From Anthoceros angustus (taxonomy: Eukaryota; Plantae; Anthocerotophyta), in assembly GCA_010909165.1 (NCBI GenBank), contig MU008150.1:558001-622000 (forward strand): a DNA stretch of 64,000 nucleotides, in the 5' to 3' direction. Positions 23,001 through 35,426 of the stretch are shown here, piece by piece (position 1 is the first letter of the stretch; each line of letters opens with the position of its first letter). Made by a program: the position numbers and the translations under genes. The notes under the pieces were generated by a model. That model was not told where the DNA came from. It ran no database searches and worked only from the letters and a program-made list of their open reading frames with translations.

Positions 23001-25130
23001 CCCCCACCGGCTTGAAGTGAATCTCCTTCCTTCCAAAGTGTAGCTGTCTGGCCAAACCATGGCCCAAAGAACACCTCATACCCTAATGGTCCGGCCGGTT
23101 TGATCACAACAAAATCCGTAGGTGCGCGCTATGGTGGCCAAGACTCGGTTAACTCCCACGGATCTCTTCTTGACATGTCCGCCATTCTCGAGTCTTCGTT
23201 GAGGGTTCAAGGATGTGAAGCCCAATTTCGTGCCGTGGCTTGTGATGAGGTTGACTCCGGACCCGTGTCCAACGTGATGATACATCCTTGATGTACAGAT
23301 GACACCACCCACCTGCTACCCTTCACGGCTTTGGTGCTCGCCGAGGCTGGGTTTCCCTAACGGCCCGACGGACCTCTTGTCGATTGGGTTATCCTCGAGC
23401 CGAAAGGACACAAGCCGATTCATCATCGTCCCACATTGGGGCGAGGCTTCTACCCCAATCGAGGATCCCGTCCTCATCCTCTCCCGGTCACTTCGTGTTC
23501 GGTATTCTCCGGATGCTTGCGCATTTCCTCCTGCAACATCTCACACCTCCGGACTACGTCCGTGGAAATCAAACGCCGCGGAGGCACCGCCCTTCTCCCC
23601 GTCTCCTGCCGGAGAACTTCCTTCGGTAATCCCTCCCAGAGCTGCCCGTCCCTCCTTCATCGGTCGGATCCTCTGGTATTTCCGTTGATTGCCTTCCTCG
23701 GCCCGTGACGCTCTCCGCCTTGTTCTTCTCGGCGCCTTTCTGCCGCTCCTTCCTTCGGCCACGAGTAGACACCTCCAAGATTTCCACGCCCGACTCCTTC
23801 CTTCGACCCCCACCGCAACCTTCTTGTTCTTTTCCATCTCGCACTGGAATCTCTTCCCACTCCAATCGAGCATCTTCGACTTGCCGCAATGCAGTCTTAG
23901 GAGGTGGCGTTGGTGGTCGGGGTTCTCCGCTTGGTGGCATATCGCACCGCCCTTGCGCGGGGTTGGGACATAGCGTCATATATGCCCACCGCTTGCGCCA
24001 CCACACTCAAGTCCCCATTACCCCGCTGGGTACGACACGCGTTGGAGTAATGGCGGATTCCGCAGTTCCAGCACCACGGCCGCACGGAGGATACGGGGCT
24101 CCCATGCGGTCTCGCATCGGTGGGGCTCGTTGACGGACCTCCGGTGACGGATACATGGTTTTGGGATATCGCGCCCGAGGGGGCTTCTGCACTGATAGGC
24201 CTCTTCCCATTGCTCTCGCCTCCTCCTCGTATTCGTAGTCCACTTGATGCACCGGCCTTGAGGCGATTGAATGGCCGTGTGGCCGGCACACGACACCGAG
24301 ATGCGTCGCACCGTAGTCGGTGTTTTCCGCCTCGGTCCTTAACTGGTTTATCGCGGTCCTCTACTCTCTTTATCACTTTTCCGTGTCCTCACTGCCACCT
24401 CCTTTGAGGGAGTCGGGTCCGGAGCTTCTCGGACCGGCTGTCACCACCTCCTTCTTACCGCTTCTTTAGCCGGGCTTGCTCTTCTTCTTGGGGATACTCT
24501 TCCTCGCTAGAGACCTCCGTCTTCTTCTTGGACGACTCCTCCTCCAAGACACCTCCGATTGGTCTTCCTCCTCCTCTCAAGACTCTTCCTCCTCGAGTCC
24601 GAACCCCGCTTTCTTCTTCTTCTTCTTGCCTCCTTGAGCGGATTTCTTTATCCTCGATGTAGCGATTCCTCGTAGTTTTACCGCCTTGCCCACGCCCTTC
24701 CTGCCAGCGGACGGCCGCCATGGGTTTGGCTAGACCGGCCGCGAACCACCGTACCGCTTGCATCGTGGTATGGGTTGGATGCCGATCCCTCAGGGCATAG
24801 AACCGCTCGATGTACGAGCCCAGCTTCTCCTTCTTCCCTCGCTTGATTTTCCAACTTTGATAATACATACCCCTCCTGGTCGATCCCTCGAAACCGTTCT
24901 AAGAAGGCATTTTTCAAAGCTTCAAACGAGGCGGGTGGGGCATTCTCCTGGTCGGTACTTTCTCCGATACCATTGAGCGCCCTGAGAACCCCTTGGAAAG
25001 CTGGATGATGGGCCGCCTCCTCTCCGTTGAAGTTGGCTTTGGACATGAAGTCCTCCACAAAGGTCTCGCATCCCGCTCCTTCTTCCCTCCGAATATGGAG
25101 TACGCTTGTTTGGTCGGTAGGGGCCATCCG
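20017..25130 (-). pseudogene. gag-pol polyprotein, fragmented by many indels
   Basis: Gag (ASFEALKNAFLERF). Zinc knuckle CWNCG..HYSNAC (~24040-24075). Protease LDTGSGVNLI (~23245-23273). RT (SEWVAPIVVVPKK, RVCQDWRKLN, LDDFCV ~21970-21990). RNase H (FVFYVDH, GRIARWIL). Integrase (PFEKWGIDFVGPI). Confidence 0.9.
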
Positions 25131-25387
25131 CCATCGGGTTAGGCGCCGCCCCTACCTTCTTCCGTACGCCTTGTACCGTACTCGTCTTGGTCCGACACCA
25201 CCACGTTCTCCTCCTCCGATCGACGGTTTCTCTCGTTGGGTTTGACGCCTCCCTCTCCACGGCTCGGAGCACGCGAGGTGACCACGTCCGATCCTCCCGA
25301 CGGTTCACTCTTGACCGCCGCCGACCGCCACGCATTCACTTACCTTCTCTTCCTAAGGACGCACTTTGCACCACGACGATTTCATTC

Positions 25388-25398
25388 CAACGGCGCCA
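25388..25398 (-). other. Primer-binding site TGGCGCCGTTG (tRNA-Asp-like)
   Basis: Begins 4 nt after the CA end of the 5' LTR and starts with TGG. Matches the recalled tRNA-Asp-type PBS of Athila-like elements over 11 nt. Confidence 0.75.
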
Positions 25399-25402
25399 AA
25401 AA

Positions 25403-28400
25403 TGTGGCGGACTTTGCCGATGGCCACCGCCGCACAATCCCGTGTCGTTGTAGGAAGAAGTCCGTTCCCAAGGGAATGATAGGCCCGCCACTGCGTTCGT
25501 GATTCTACCGCCCTTAGCGCCTGCTCGCCTCAACACACACATACTCCTAACTACTCACAACGTTCACCGTGAGGCCGGTATGGCCAAACGTTAGGACCCG
25601 TCGCGTCCGTTGCTCACATACATCCTCACATCCATCCTTTCCTCTCTCCCTCACGCTACACTCTTCGCCTCTTAGAAAAGACGCGGTTACCGACCTCCTC
25701 GTTCCGCGCCTCTCCGGCGCCTCCCTGAGTTCCTCGGCCACTCACGTTCCGTGCCGGACGGCCCGGCTCACGAGCACGGGTCACCGGTCACCCTTCCCCG
25801 CACACACCACAACGCTAAGTCCGTCACGGGACCTTGATCAATCTCCCGAGCCGTGGCTCGCCGGTGACTCAGGACTCACGTTAGCAAGAAGACTCACAAA
25901 GGTCTGCAAGAACGCGGCATCAACACCAAGAGAAAGATGCTTTACTAGAGCAGCCTCAGCCCCTCTTATACTGCGCCCAAGGCGGCGTCTTTATTACACC
26001 CCCCTATTCTGAGCTGATAGCCAGCTCGGTATACCCTAATCGGCCGCCTACCATCCTATTTTCCCCCCCTATCTCCTTCGCCGACTGTGGGGCTGGGAAG
26101 GTCCTGGGCCCCGCCTCGGAATGGGTGGTCCAATCCCCCGTCCTGACAGTTGTGGTGCACCCAATCGGATGATCCGTGAGGCGGGGCCCCTCCTCTCCCG
26201 GAATCCTGTCAGGTTGGGCTACCGGCGGCGGTCTGACAACCGCCGTTACCACGACGTCATCCTCCCCTGGCCTCCCCCTGGGTCCTTCGCCGGTGGGGCC
26301 ACCAGCTATCTGCTCCCCTAGCGTAAGTCGAAGGGGGCTCCTCACTGCCCGGCCCTCGAGGTCTGCCTCGACTCGAACTTGTGAGTCCGGCTTATTTCGG
26401 TCCGCCGGCTAGGTCCGACTGCCTGGGTCCGGACCTCGGTCCGGATCGGGGTCCGGACTTGTGGTCCGGACGACACGGGGTCCGGACTTGTGGTCCGGAC
26501 TTACACCGGGTCCGGACTTGGTCCGGCCTCCGGGTCCGGACAAAGTCCGACTCACGCCCACCCGGTTTCCTCCCTCACGGACTCCGTGGCTCTCCCTCAA
26601 GTCCTCCGCTGCTCCCGATCGCCCGGGTGACTCCTTCGGCCCCCTCCTTCCATGGTGAGGTGCGGGTGCTTACCTGATCCGCCGCCTCCTCGCCTCCTCC
26701 GGTTGCTCCTCCGCCGCTCCGTCATCTCCAAACAGGCCACTAGGGTCCTGTCGCCCCGTGGCCTTCATCTCCTTCCGAGCCTTGGGTCCGTCTGTTGCGC
26801 CGGGCCGAGAGGCTTCTACGCCAGGAGCTGGGCGTGGTAATAGGCAAAGTCAATCGACTTGTTGAATTGCCTCTTCCACGTGCCCGAGCACCCGATACTC
26901 CTCCGCCATAAGTGTTCCGGAGCCGGGCGTCTTGTTGGGCCACCTCTCGCCAGATTTGGTTGGAGCCGGCTGTATCACGCGAGGCTACAAGGCGGCCTCC
27001 ACCCGCACCGCCGTTGCTCCACCCGCTCAGCTCCGTCGTTTCTCCATTGCCACCTTACCGCCATAGCGCAGCTGTTCCCTTCCGCCTTTCTCACCGGACC
27101 AGCAGCTTCTTCGCCTGTGCTCGGCCTCCGCTCATTCTCGGCCTTTAGCTCCGCCACTCCTCTCCAGGCCGATACCTCCGTCCGACTTCCTCCAGCTCCT
27201 CAGCCCGGCAACGCCCAACTCCTTGGATAGTCGCCGATTTTCCTCCGTCTTGAGAGCGGAGGCACTATTTCGTGCTCGAAGTCGTGGATTCTCTCGTTGA
27301 GAATCACCGCCGCCCGACGCATCTTGGAGTTGTAGCTCCAGGTCCTTGCTGCCCTCCATCCGCCGCCTCCTCTACTGCACTGCTCGGAGATCCCTATCTC
27401 CCGAGGCCGCCTCCATCTCTCCTTGGTGGCCCTTGCTCGCTCCATAGCCGCCTGCGGCTTCGAGTTAGCCACCACCGACTCTCCACCGCCCGATCACCCG
27501 TAGTGATCCCGGTCGCTGCGCTTCCGACTCGCCGCTTTACCTGGCCGCCCACTTGGCGCCGCTAGCCGGCCGCCTCGTCCCGAGCTCTCTGCTTCGGCCT
27601 CTTCCGCCTCTGCCTTCCCCTTCGCCGCAAGGTCCTCCGCCTTGGGCCTCTGAGCTTGTTTCCTGCGACATGAAGAACCTTGGCCCGGCCTCACAAGCCT
27701 CTCGCCACCCGGCTTCCCTTCCTCGATCCGAGGACTCCGCCTTTTCCTTTGCCCCTGGCCTTCACTTGCTCTTGAGTTCCACCATCCTCCTCCGGTGGCC
27801 TCCACTTCGGGTCTTCTCCTGCACTGAGACCCCAAAGCATTCCGTCCATGACGAGCTGTGACTCGCCGTGTTTCTTCCACGGCCTCCGGTGAGGCCCCCA
27901 CAAAGTCCGAGAGTGAGCCGCATTTCGTCCGCCAAGGACCTCCATACCGCAGCCCCGAGTAAGTCCGACTGGGTTCTCCTGACCTAATCAGACCTCAGTC
28001 CCGAGTGGTGAGGTCCCGAGTCTCACCCTTTGGCTGAGGAAGTAATCACTGGGCGCGCCTTCGTTGTCCGTAATCGCGGGTCTCGCATGGCTTACTTCCC
28101 ACCCACGCCTGCCACTCTACGCACTGCCAGTTGGCGTGAATACCGCTATAACGGCCTCCGCAAGGTTACTGGCCCGACCTATTGATGCCCGACCTCCACT
28201 GTGGCCCACGTGGCCGCCGTCCTCCTCACGCCTCCTAGGTTACTTTCTCGCATTTTATCCTGCTTTGACTGAGTGGGTTCCGGACTTATCCATCTCCAGT
28301 CCGGAGCTTGCCATAGTGGTACGGGTCCGTTGTTCACTCCGAGTCCGAGTATACTCCCGAGCCTCGTCCAAGCGCCACCCCAATTTATTCCTCCTTTTCC

Positions 28401-28481
28401 GCCTTATTTATCCTTCAATCCTAAAAAAAAAACAGAAACCCTACTTATTTCTTAACTCCCCAGGGAAGTGCATAGCCCACA
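25403..28481 (-). repeat. 5' LTR, ~3.08 kb, with TATAAGAGG at 25962-25970 and a long fragmented ORF upstream of it
   Basis: TG...CA termini with 5-bp inverted ends; colinear with the copies in 13734-19986. Confidence 0.9.
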
Positions 28482-29743
28482 GCAGCTCAAATGCATCTTT
28501 CCACCCCCACCACCTCTGCGACGCAAGATTCGGTATCTAGATCCGTTCTTCCAAGAGTACCTCTTTCATTATGTGAAAGGTTGTGGACCCAGCTAGATCA
28601 CATCCTCGGGTTGTTTGAAACCCACTTTCCTTGCCCGCGCATCTTGCGCAAGCTTCCTAGGCACCTCCACGATGACGCCCTCTTAACATTCCGTATTTCT
28701 TTGGACCACCTTGCGCTTGACTCCCACGACGAGTTAGCATGGTGTCTCCTTTTGCTTCTCCCTCGGTGGTGTTTCAGCTGCACCAAGGGTAGGACAAACA
28801 CCACCGGAAGGTTGTCAGCCATCTTCGATGATTTCATGCCGGAAATTGGGCATCTCTCCAAGAGGAAGCTTTGCGTGTTTTCAAGGCTCGTGCGGAATCT
28901 GCGCAATAGATGGAACATGCATTAGGAAATGCGGCAAACCTCTTCGGAGGAGACCATTGCAACCCTCTCAGCCCTCCATCGAACCCTGAAGGACCCTATC
29001 CCCCCGAACATATACAATTATGTCCCTGAGGACCCCTTCTCCCTAGGTCGGGTGGCTTTTGCTCTAGCCCTCCATGCGGCCCCACGTCTCTCCTCTGCTG
29101 GGTTGTCTAGAATGGTGTTTGAGCATCTCAAGGACTTTTTGCTCCCCAAAGACCCTTCTAGCGATCTCCCGGAGCTCTTTCCCTGGCTGTTGTTGTGGCT
29201 CAAAGAGAGACGCCTCATCGGATCTCTCATGTTCTTGCAGTTAGCAGGCTAATTACTATGGACAAGCTTGCTCCCTCCTCAGGCGTGCACCCCCTTGGGG
29301 TTGGGTAAGCCTTCATGTGGATTCTCAACCGTACTGTTGCCCTCCAAAGCCACTCCCTTCTCTAGCAGCACCTCAATCCCTTCGAATTTGGCATTGCCAC
29401 TCCAAGGGGTTGCGAGTCCATGGTGTTAAAAATGAAGGCATGCCTCCACACCCACCTGGAGTGGGTGGTCTTACAAATGGATGTGGAAAACGTCTTCAAT
29501 ACCATCTCCAAAAGCGTCATCTTCGAGGAGCTTAGGAATGCTGACGATGTCTTGGGGAGCCTTATCCCTTTCGTTAGGTGCTTCTACAGGAGGTCCTCCA
29601 ACCTCTACTATCAACTCCAAAACGTGTTATCAGAATTTGTCATCTTTCTTAGAGTTTGGCCATGACGGCAAGGCGACCCTGGGCTTTTGCCATCGCTTAC
29701 TATAGAGCCCTATCCAAGACTACCTTCTCAGCACGCAATTGTG
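28482..29743 (+). mobile_element. CRE-like non-LTR retrotransposon, middle part (N-terminal half of RT), degenerate
   Basis: AWCLLLLLPRWC, GVHPLGVG (RPIAVGE-like), FGIATPRGCE, VVLQMDVENVFNTISK and RQGDP motifs. Confidence 0.8.
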
Positions 29744-32700
29744 TGTGGAATGCAAAAGTTTGGGCAACCAGCCCAAAAGAGCCGAAGGAAGGACGAATTT
29801 TATTTTTTTTGGCTAACATCGATTTACGGGGATCGTGTCGGGAATTTTCTGAATTCTTTGAAGCTGGAGTTGTAGGGTATTGGTGGAAGCAAAGAGGATA
29901 TCCTAGGGAAAAGGAACGGGACAAAATGACCCCTAGGCGAGGCAGAAGGCGTACCCAAGCAGAAAGCGTGCATCACCGCCGAGGGTCGCCACACCACGCC
30001 CCAGAGGGTCGAGGTGCTGCGACTACTTATTTGTAGGTTGGCGTATCACCGTGGTTCGACGCAGATCTTGGCCGTAAAGGAAATTAGAATAGGGGAATAT
30101 CCACTATATATGCTCACCAATAGGGGAATAAATAGGATTAATTAGAAGGTGATTAATTAGGATAGCGGATAGGAAAATAGGTAGAATTAGGAATTAGGAT
30201 TTTGGAATGATGAACAATCTAGGGTTGGGCCGGTGGCGGCATCAAGGAGGGCAAAGTGCGGTTTAACTCTCCCAGCAGGCATCCTCACTTGGCGGAGTGG
30301 AGGCTGGGCGTAAGCGAAGGAGAAGGAAGGAGCCGCCGCGCCATCGCCGCGAGCTGGAGTGAGGAGGGAGCGGTGAAGGAGGAGAACCAGCGTGGCGAAG
30401 AGGAGAAGGAGGCGGCAAGAGCGTGAGAGAGGAAGTCTCCTCAGCATGAGCATTGGAAGGAGCGTCAGGCGGCGCAAGGTTGGGGGCGGGCGCAAGGTGA
30501 GGAATTGGAGTTGAAGGAGAGGATCGACCACCCATGGCGGCAAGAGAAGAGGAATCGCAGGTGGCAGCGGGAGGCGTCATCAAGCCCGTAGCTTGTGCCT
30601 CGGGAGGTTTGCTACCACTAGGAGAAGGCGTTTGAGGCAAGCCTCGAGATTGGTGGGAGTAATTCCTTCCTTTGAAGCATTTGGAGAAAGGCACCATTGG
30701 AAAAGGCAAGGGGAAGGAACACGCCAAGGCTCTCCTCGAGGAAAAAGGAAAGCGCTTGAGAGGGTGAACTTGTGATGCCCCAATTCACTTGCTTTGGGCA
30801 GCCCTCAAGATTTGGTTGATTTTGTGGGCGGAGGAGAACATCAATTGGGATGGGTGTATGGCCGCCAATGGGCCTACACCAATTTGGAATTGATTGAGGA
30901 GTGTTACATCAACCTCCATCAATCGGAGCAACCCTCCTCTAGGAAAGGAATGCTCGACGGATCCCATTGTTGGACCGTAAGGAGCATTCGACAGTGTATG
31001 GAGGAGGAGGAAACCGGAATTGCTCTCCTCGAAAGGTCAAATGGAGGAAGAGGACAGCCCTCCGATTATAGAGTTCCTTGACATGATGGATGGAGGTGAA
31101 GGCCACGCCAAGAATGGTGGAAGACCGAGAGCATCAAGGAGGTGAAGTGGAGGCTCTTCGCAAAGATTGTCTGGGGTTGGTAAATTACCAACACTTCTTA
31201 TTTCACCAACTTCCTCCAATTTTGTGGAAGATTTCCATAGAAAGCCGGATTGGGGACTATCATGTATGAAGCGTACATCCACCATCGAGAAGCTCCTCAA
31301 GCCAAATTCGGTGGATGAGGAAGGGACCATGCCTACCTATTTGGTGCATTTATGGGAAAGCAGAGGGACTCCTCACAAGCAAGGAGCTTGAAGATGCATG
31401 GCATCCTTTGAGGTCATCCATCTCCGGCCGAGTTGGAAAGGCCTTTGCCTTTTGCATTGCGGAAGGCGGTGGGAGGTCGGACCTCCACAAGCATGCTAGA
31501 AGCAAGAGGAGAAGGTCGGAGGCAACAAAGTTGCGGAGTGGGAATCCTTTCCAGGAGCAAGCAAGAAGAGGGAAGGCCGAGGAAGGCCGAATGGTGGTCT
31601 ATGAGAGAAGGACTACGGGAGGGTGGCCAAGGGTGGGGAGTCCCCACCATCTCCTTTGTGCCTCAGGGAGGCACCAGACTACCGGTGAGGCGGTCTACAG
31701 GGGTGGGGCTACCGTGGTAGGCGATCGACCATGGTAGGTAGGCGGACTACCAGTGAGGCGACCTACCGCGGTGGAGGCACCCTCGCCGCAAGCGACCCTC
31801 GGTGGCGGGGAAGGAGAAGCAAGCGAGGCGCGGCGCGCCGAAACCACCATCTCCGCGGGTGGGAGGCGGATGGAGCGGCAGTGAAGGGACCCGCATGGTC
31901 GAGAGAGGCTGGAAATTTCCAGCAGAAGGCGGAGGTGGAATTAGGACCCCTAGGAGAATTCTTTGGGTGCTTGTGAAGCACTCAGCGTGTTGAAGGGGCT
32001 AGGGACCTAGCAGCCTCCTTGTGGGCATGCCAAGAGGAGTGAAAGCCCAAGACATGGCGGGAGGCGGGGACCAAGTGGCAATTGGAGGCCATGGAGTCCG
32101 ATGAAAAGGCAGCCAAGTTGGAAAAGGCTGTGGAAGCTCCAGCGACCTCATGGAAAGGTCTGGAGGGAAGTTGTCCAAGAGAAGAAAGAGCCATTCGGGC
32201 AACCACCCAAAAGGACTCATGGAGGCAAAGGCGGAGGAGCATTTTGCCCAATTAGAGCAAACGAAAGGGCAAAAGCAGGCTCTAGGAAGGAGAAGCGGCG
32301 ACTCGGCCGGTGAGCGGTGATGGCTACTCAAGCCATCAAAATCCGGGACATGGGAAGAGTTGAGAAGGAGACAATTTGGTTTGGAAGAAGCACAAGACCA
32401 GCCTGAGGCTGAGCGAAAAGATGCTTGGCAAGAGAGGAGCTTGCCATTGAGACTTGGAAGGAAGGAGGTTCCGGAGGAGACAAGAAGGTGGTGCAGAATC
32501 TTGGTAGTGAGCGATTTTGGGCGGACTATGCCCTTGAGCAAATTGGCCAGCCGGCTAAAGGCAAGGGAGGAGAATGTGACCCTCCATGTCAAGGTGGGGA
32601 ATTGACCACCTCAGACGCCTACAAGGTAGGTGTGAAGATGGAGTGGCCACGGAGTTGATGATCTCCAAATGCAATATCATACTTGGGGCTCACCTCACAA

Positions 32701-34603
32701 TAGAATTTTGAAGGCCAACAATGAGATCTTACGTTTGGCCAAGAGGAGGACATTGGGTCCTCATGATGATGACGAAGGAGGAATAAAGCCTGCAGAGGCC
32801 CCGGGATTTTGATGAGGCCACCAAATGGCGACATGGACCCCGAGGAACTGGGAAGTCAAGATGGAGGAGAGATGCGCCAAGAGAGGGAGAGGGCGCGGAG
32901 AGTAAGGAGGGGGACACCACCACAGGGGTCACCACCACAGGACCACTATACCATGGTAGTCCGCCAGACTACCAGGGATGACCATTTCACGCCGGTAGTC
33001 TGCCAGACTACCGGGGTAGGGCAGGCCGGGCGAGAGCCTGAGGGGAGCCAGTCCCCGAGGCCCTGGTTGAGGATGGAGCCGGGGTCCGCAACACATCCCC
33101 GGAAGAAGGAGACCGAGGGGAGGGACAAGCTCCACCGGAGGAGAGCAAGGACGGGGTCCAACCCGTCGGAGGACAGGAAAGGGTGAGAAATTCCCTCACC
33201 CCGCGAATAAGGGAGGAATCGGGACCTGGGGAGGAGTCCAGCACGAAAAAGGCCCGGAGGAATTAGTAAGGACCAACATGGTTCGGTGAATGGGGATGAA
33301 GACTCTTTGAAGATGCTCTATGGTAGGTATGGACAAATCAAACAGAAGGCAAAGAGCAATGGAGATCTTGACCCAGGAAGCCCTCACCAATGCGAAGAGG
33401 GAAGAAGATGGAGGAGAAGAAAGCGAGATGGGGCCGACTAGAGGGTGGTCGATCACCTTTAGGACCCCGTAGTCCGCCGACTACCGGGTAGATCGATGAA
33501 AGCGCCGTGGAGGCCGGAAAGAAGGGCGTGAGCGCTGAAGGCGCAAGGAGTAGGTCAAGAGACTAGGTATGGTCAAAGACCATAAATGTTGAGTAGAAGA
33601 ATAGGAAGGATAGGTGAGATAGACTGACATCCTTCAAGGATGATCTTAGGTGAAGTTGTTAGAATAGAATTTACCCAGAATCAGACAGTAGGCTAGATGC
33701 CAGGCCTTAAATACTGGCGGTAGAAAATAATAAAATATTGGAAAAGGTGACCTGCAGTAGGGTGACCCAAGGGAGGTTGTATGTGGAAGGCCTCCTATAA
33801 GAGGAGGAGGATTTCACAAAGTAAAGTATCATGTCTTGCCCATACTCAATTCCATATTCGCGAGCCAACGCAGATCCGTAGAGAGGAAGTCAGGCGGAGT
33901 GCTTGGTGGAGGACTTGCTCCTTGCAAGGGCCTAAACAAGTTGCTTGTGAATGGTTGCTGAACTTGCTTTACCGTGTGTGGCAATGCCTGGAACCCTGGC
34001 CGAGAACAAGATGACCGGACTCCCCGGAGATACCGATTGTCAAGCTCATAGCAACCGACCCAAGGAAGAACTTGCTGGTGGAGGACGTCCCCAGGCAGTT
34101 GTGCCGTAAGGGTGAGCCAAAACCAGTAGGCCTAAACTGAGGTTAGGAGGAGGAAAGGATGAGGAGAGTGGCAGGATTAGAAGTGGTGTTAGTGAAGGCC
34201 ACAAAAGCCTAAGGGATGAATCCCAAATGCAAGTAAAGAGGATGCTCCCCAGTGGAGAAGAGTGGTCTTAGAAGTAGGGACGAAATTGCGGCGCTGATCG
34301 GGGTCCCTGGCGCCTGGAGATAGCTCCTCTCATAAGGTGCGAACTGTGACGCAGTAGCTGTAGGCTCCAGATTGAGGTCTTTCTGAGTGCTGGCAAGCGT
34401 GCAATAAGAGGGTGAGCAGAGGCGATTTTGCTCGTTTAGAAGGCTGAGAAGTTGTGTCTCTGCAGGTAGCGATCGGTTATCACAAGACTTCGAATTTTCA
34501 CACGAGTCTCATGGGACGAAACCCAACATACGAAGCGACAGTGGGATAAGTGTGGCCGCTAGGGGGGGAAAGCTTCGGAAGCCCCGGGGTTTTCGCCACC
34601 ACA
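29744..34603 (+). mobile_element. 4.86 kb insertion, probable solo LTR of a second gypsy-like family, with degenerate coding sequence
   Basis: Starts TGTGG and ends CCACA. Flanks TTGTG/CTGTG give a 4/5 TSD. Excision rejoins the CRE RT frame (…ARNC|VFSSLADDSHIFGP). TATAAGAGG at 33796. No internal direct repeats or pol motifs seen. Confidence 0.75.
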
Positions 34604-35425
34604 CTGTGTCTTCTCTTCGCTAGCAGATGACTCTCACATTTTCGGGCCGAGGAACAAGGTCAAAGAGGCCTTCGAACTCTCCTCTCATGGGCTTTCTTTG
34701 GTGGGCTTGAAGGTCAAGCTGCAAATGCTGTATCTGGTCTCCATTGGGGATCCCCTTACTTTGTGATTCCCAACAGGGGGGATTGCTTCGACACCGGCTT
34801 GCGGACTTTGAGGGTTCCCTTCAGTTCCCCTGACTTCATAAGGAGCTTCCTCGACCATGCTCTTGTGGAACACCTCTCCCACATCGAGGACCTCCCTTTG
34901 ATGGGGGAAGCATAGGTGGCCTTTAGTATACTTTCCTCTTGTTGTGCTAGGCGCCCTAGTTACCTCATCCGTACATTGCCCCCATCTCCAGTTCTTCTAT
35001 CCCTGCTGCAGGGGTTTAATAGGAAGATCATAGACACTCTTAGTAACATCATGGGCCCCAGGGCTTTTGAGTGCCCTGCAAGCGATCTTGCCCGCTGGCA
35101 AGCATCCATGCTAGTGCAATTTGGAGGAGTAGGTCTACTGTCGCTGGAGGTATCTTCCCGGTAGCATTCTTGGGTAGCTGGGCTCTCTCCGCCGTTGCTT
35201 TGGCCTACCGCTTCAACCTCCAAGACAGGCCCTTTCTAGAGGATTTTGTATCAGGATTGGATGAGGGAACTTTCCCTCTCTAAAAATCCCTGAGGCTGGC
35301 CAGGATATGTTATCGGCTGATGCGCAGTTTGACTTCCTTCCCTTCAAGACATTCATCACCGATGGTTTTAAGTTCTGCATCCGTGCTTAAGAAGTAGCAG
35401 TTAGGCCTTCCACCGTCTCAAGGAC
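34604..35425 (+). mobile_element. CRE-like non-LTR retrotransposon, RT C-terminal part, cut off at the N
   Basis: Catalytic-type motif LADD at 34620-34631, followed by RPSYLIRTLPP, QASMLVQFGGVGL and AFLGSWAL. Confidence 0.8.
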
Positions 35426-35426
35426 N
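35426..35426. other. Ambiguous base, probable contig junction
   Basis: Single n; sequence character switches abruptly from CRE coding to unrelated AT-rich DNA. Confidence 0.7.

Larger units (their letters stand above)
13734..28481 (-). mobile_element. Full-length Ty3/gypsy LTR retrotransposon (probably non-chromovirus) with 5-bp TSD GCAGC
   Basis: GCAGC at 13729-13733 and 28482-28486. LTR termini TGTGG...CCACA. PBS and PPT present. Domain order gag-PR-RT-RH-INT. Confidence 0.93.
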
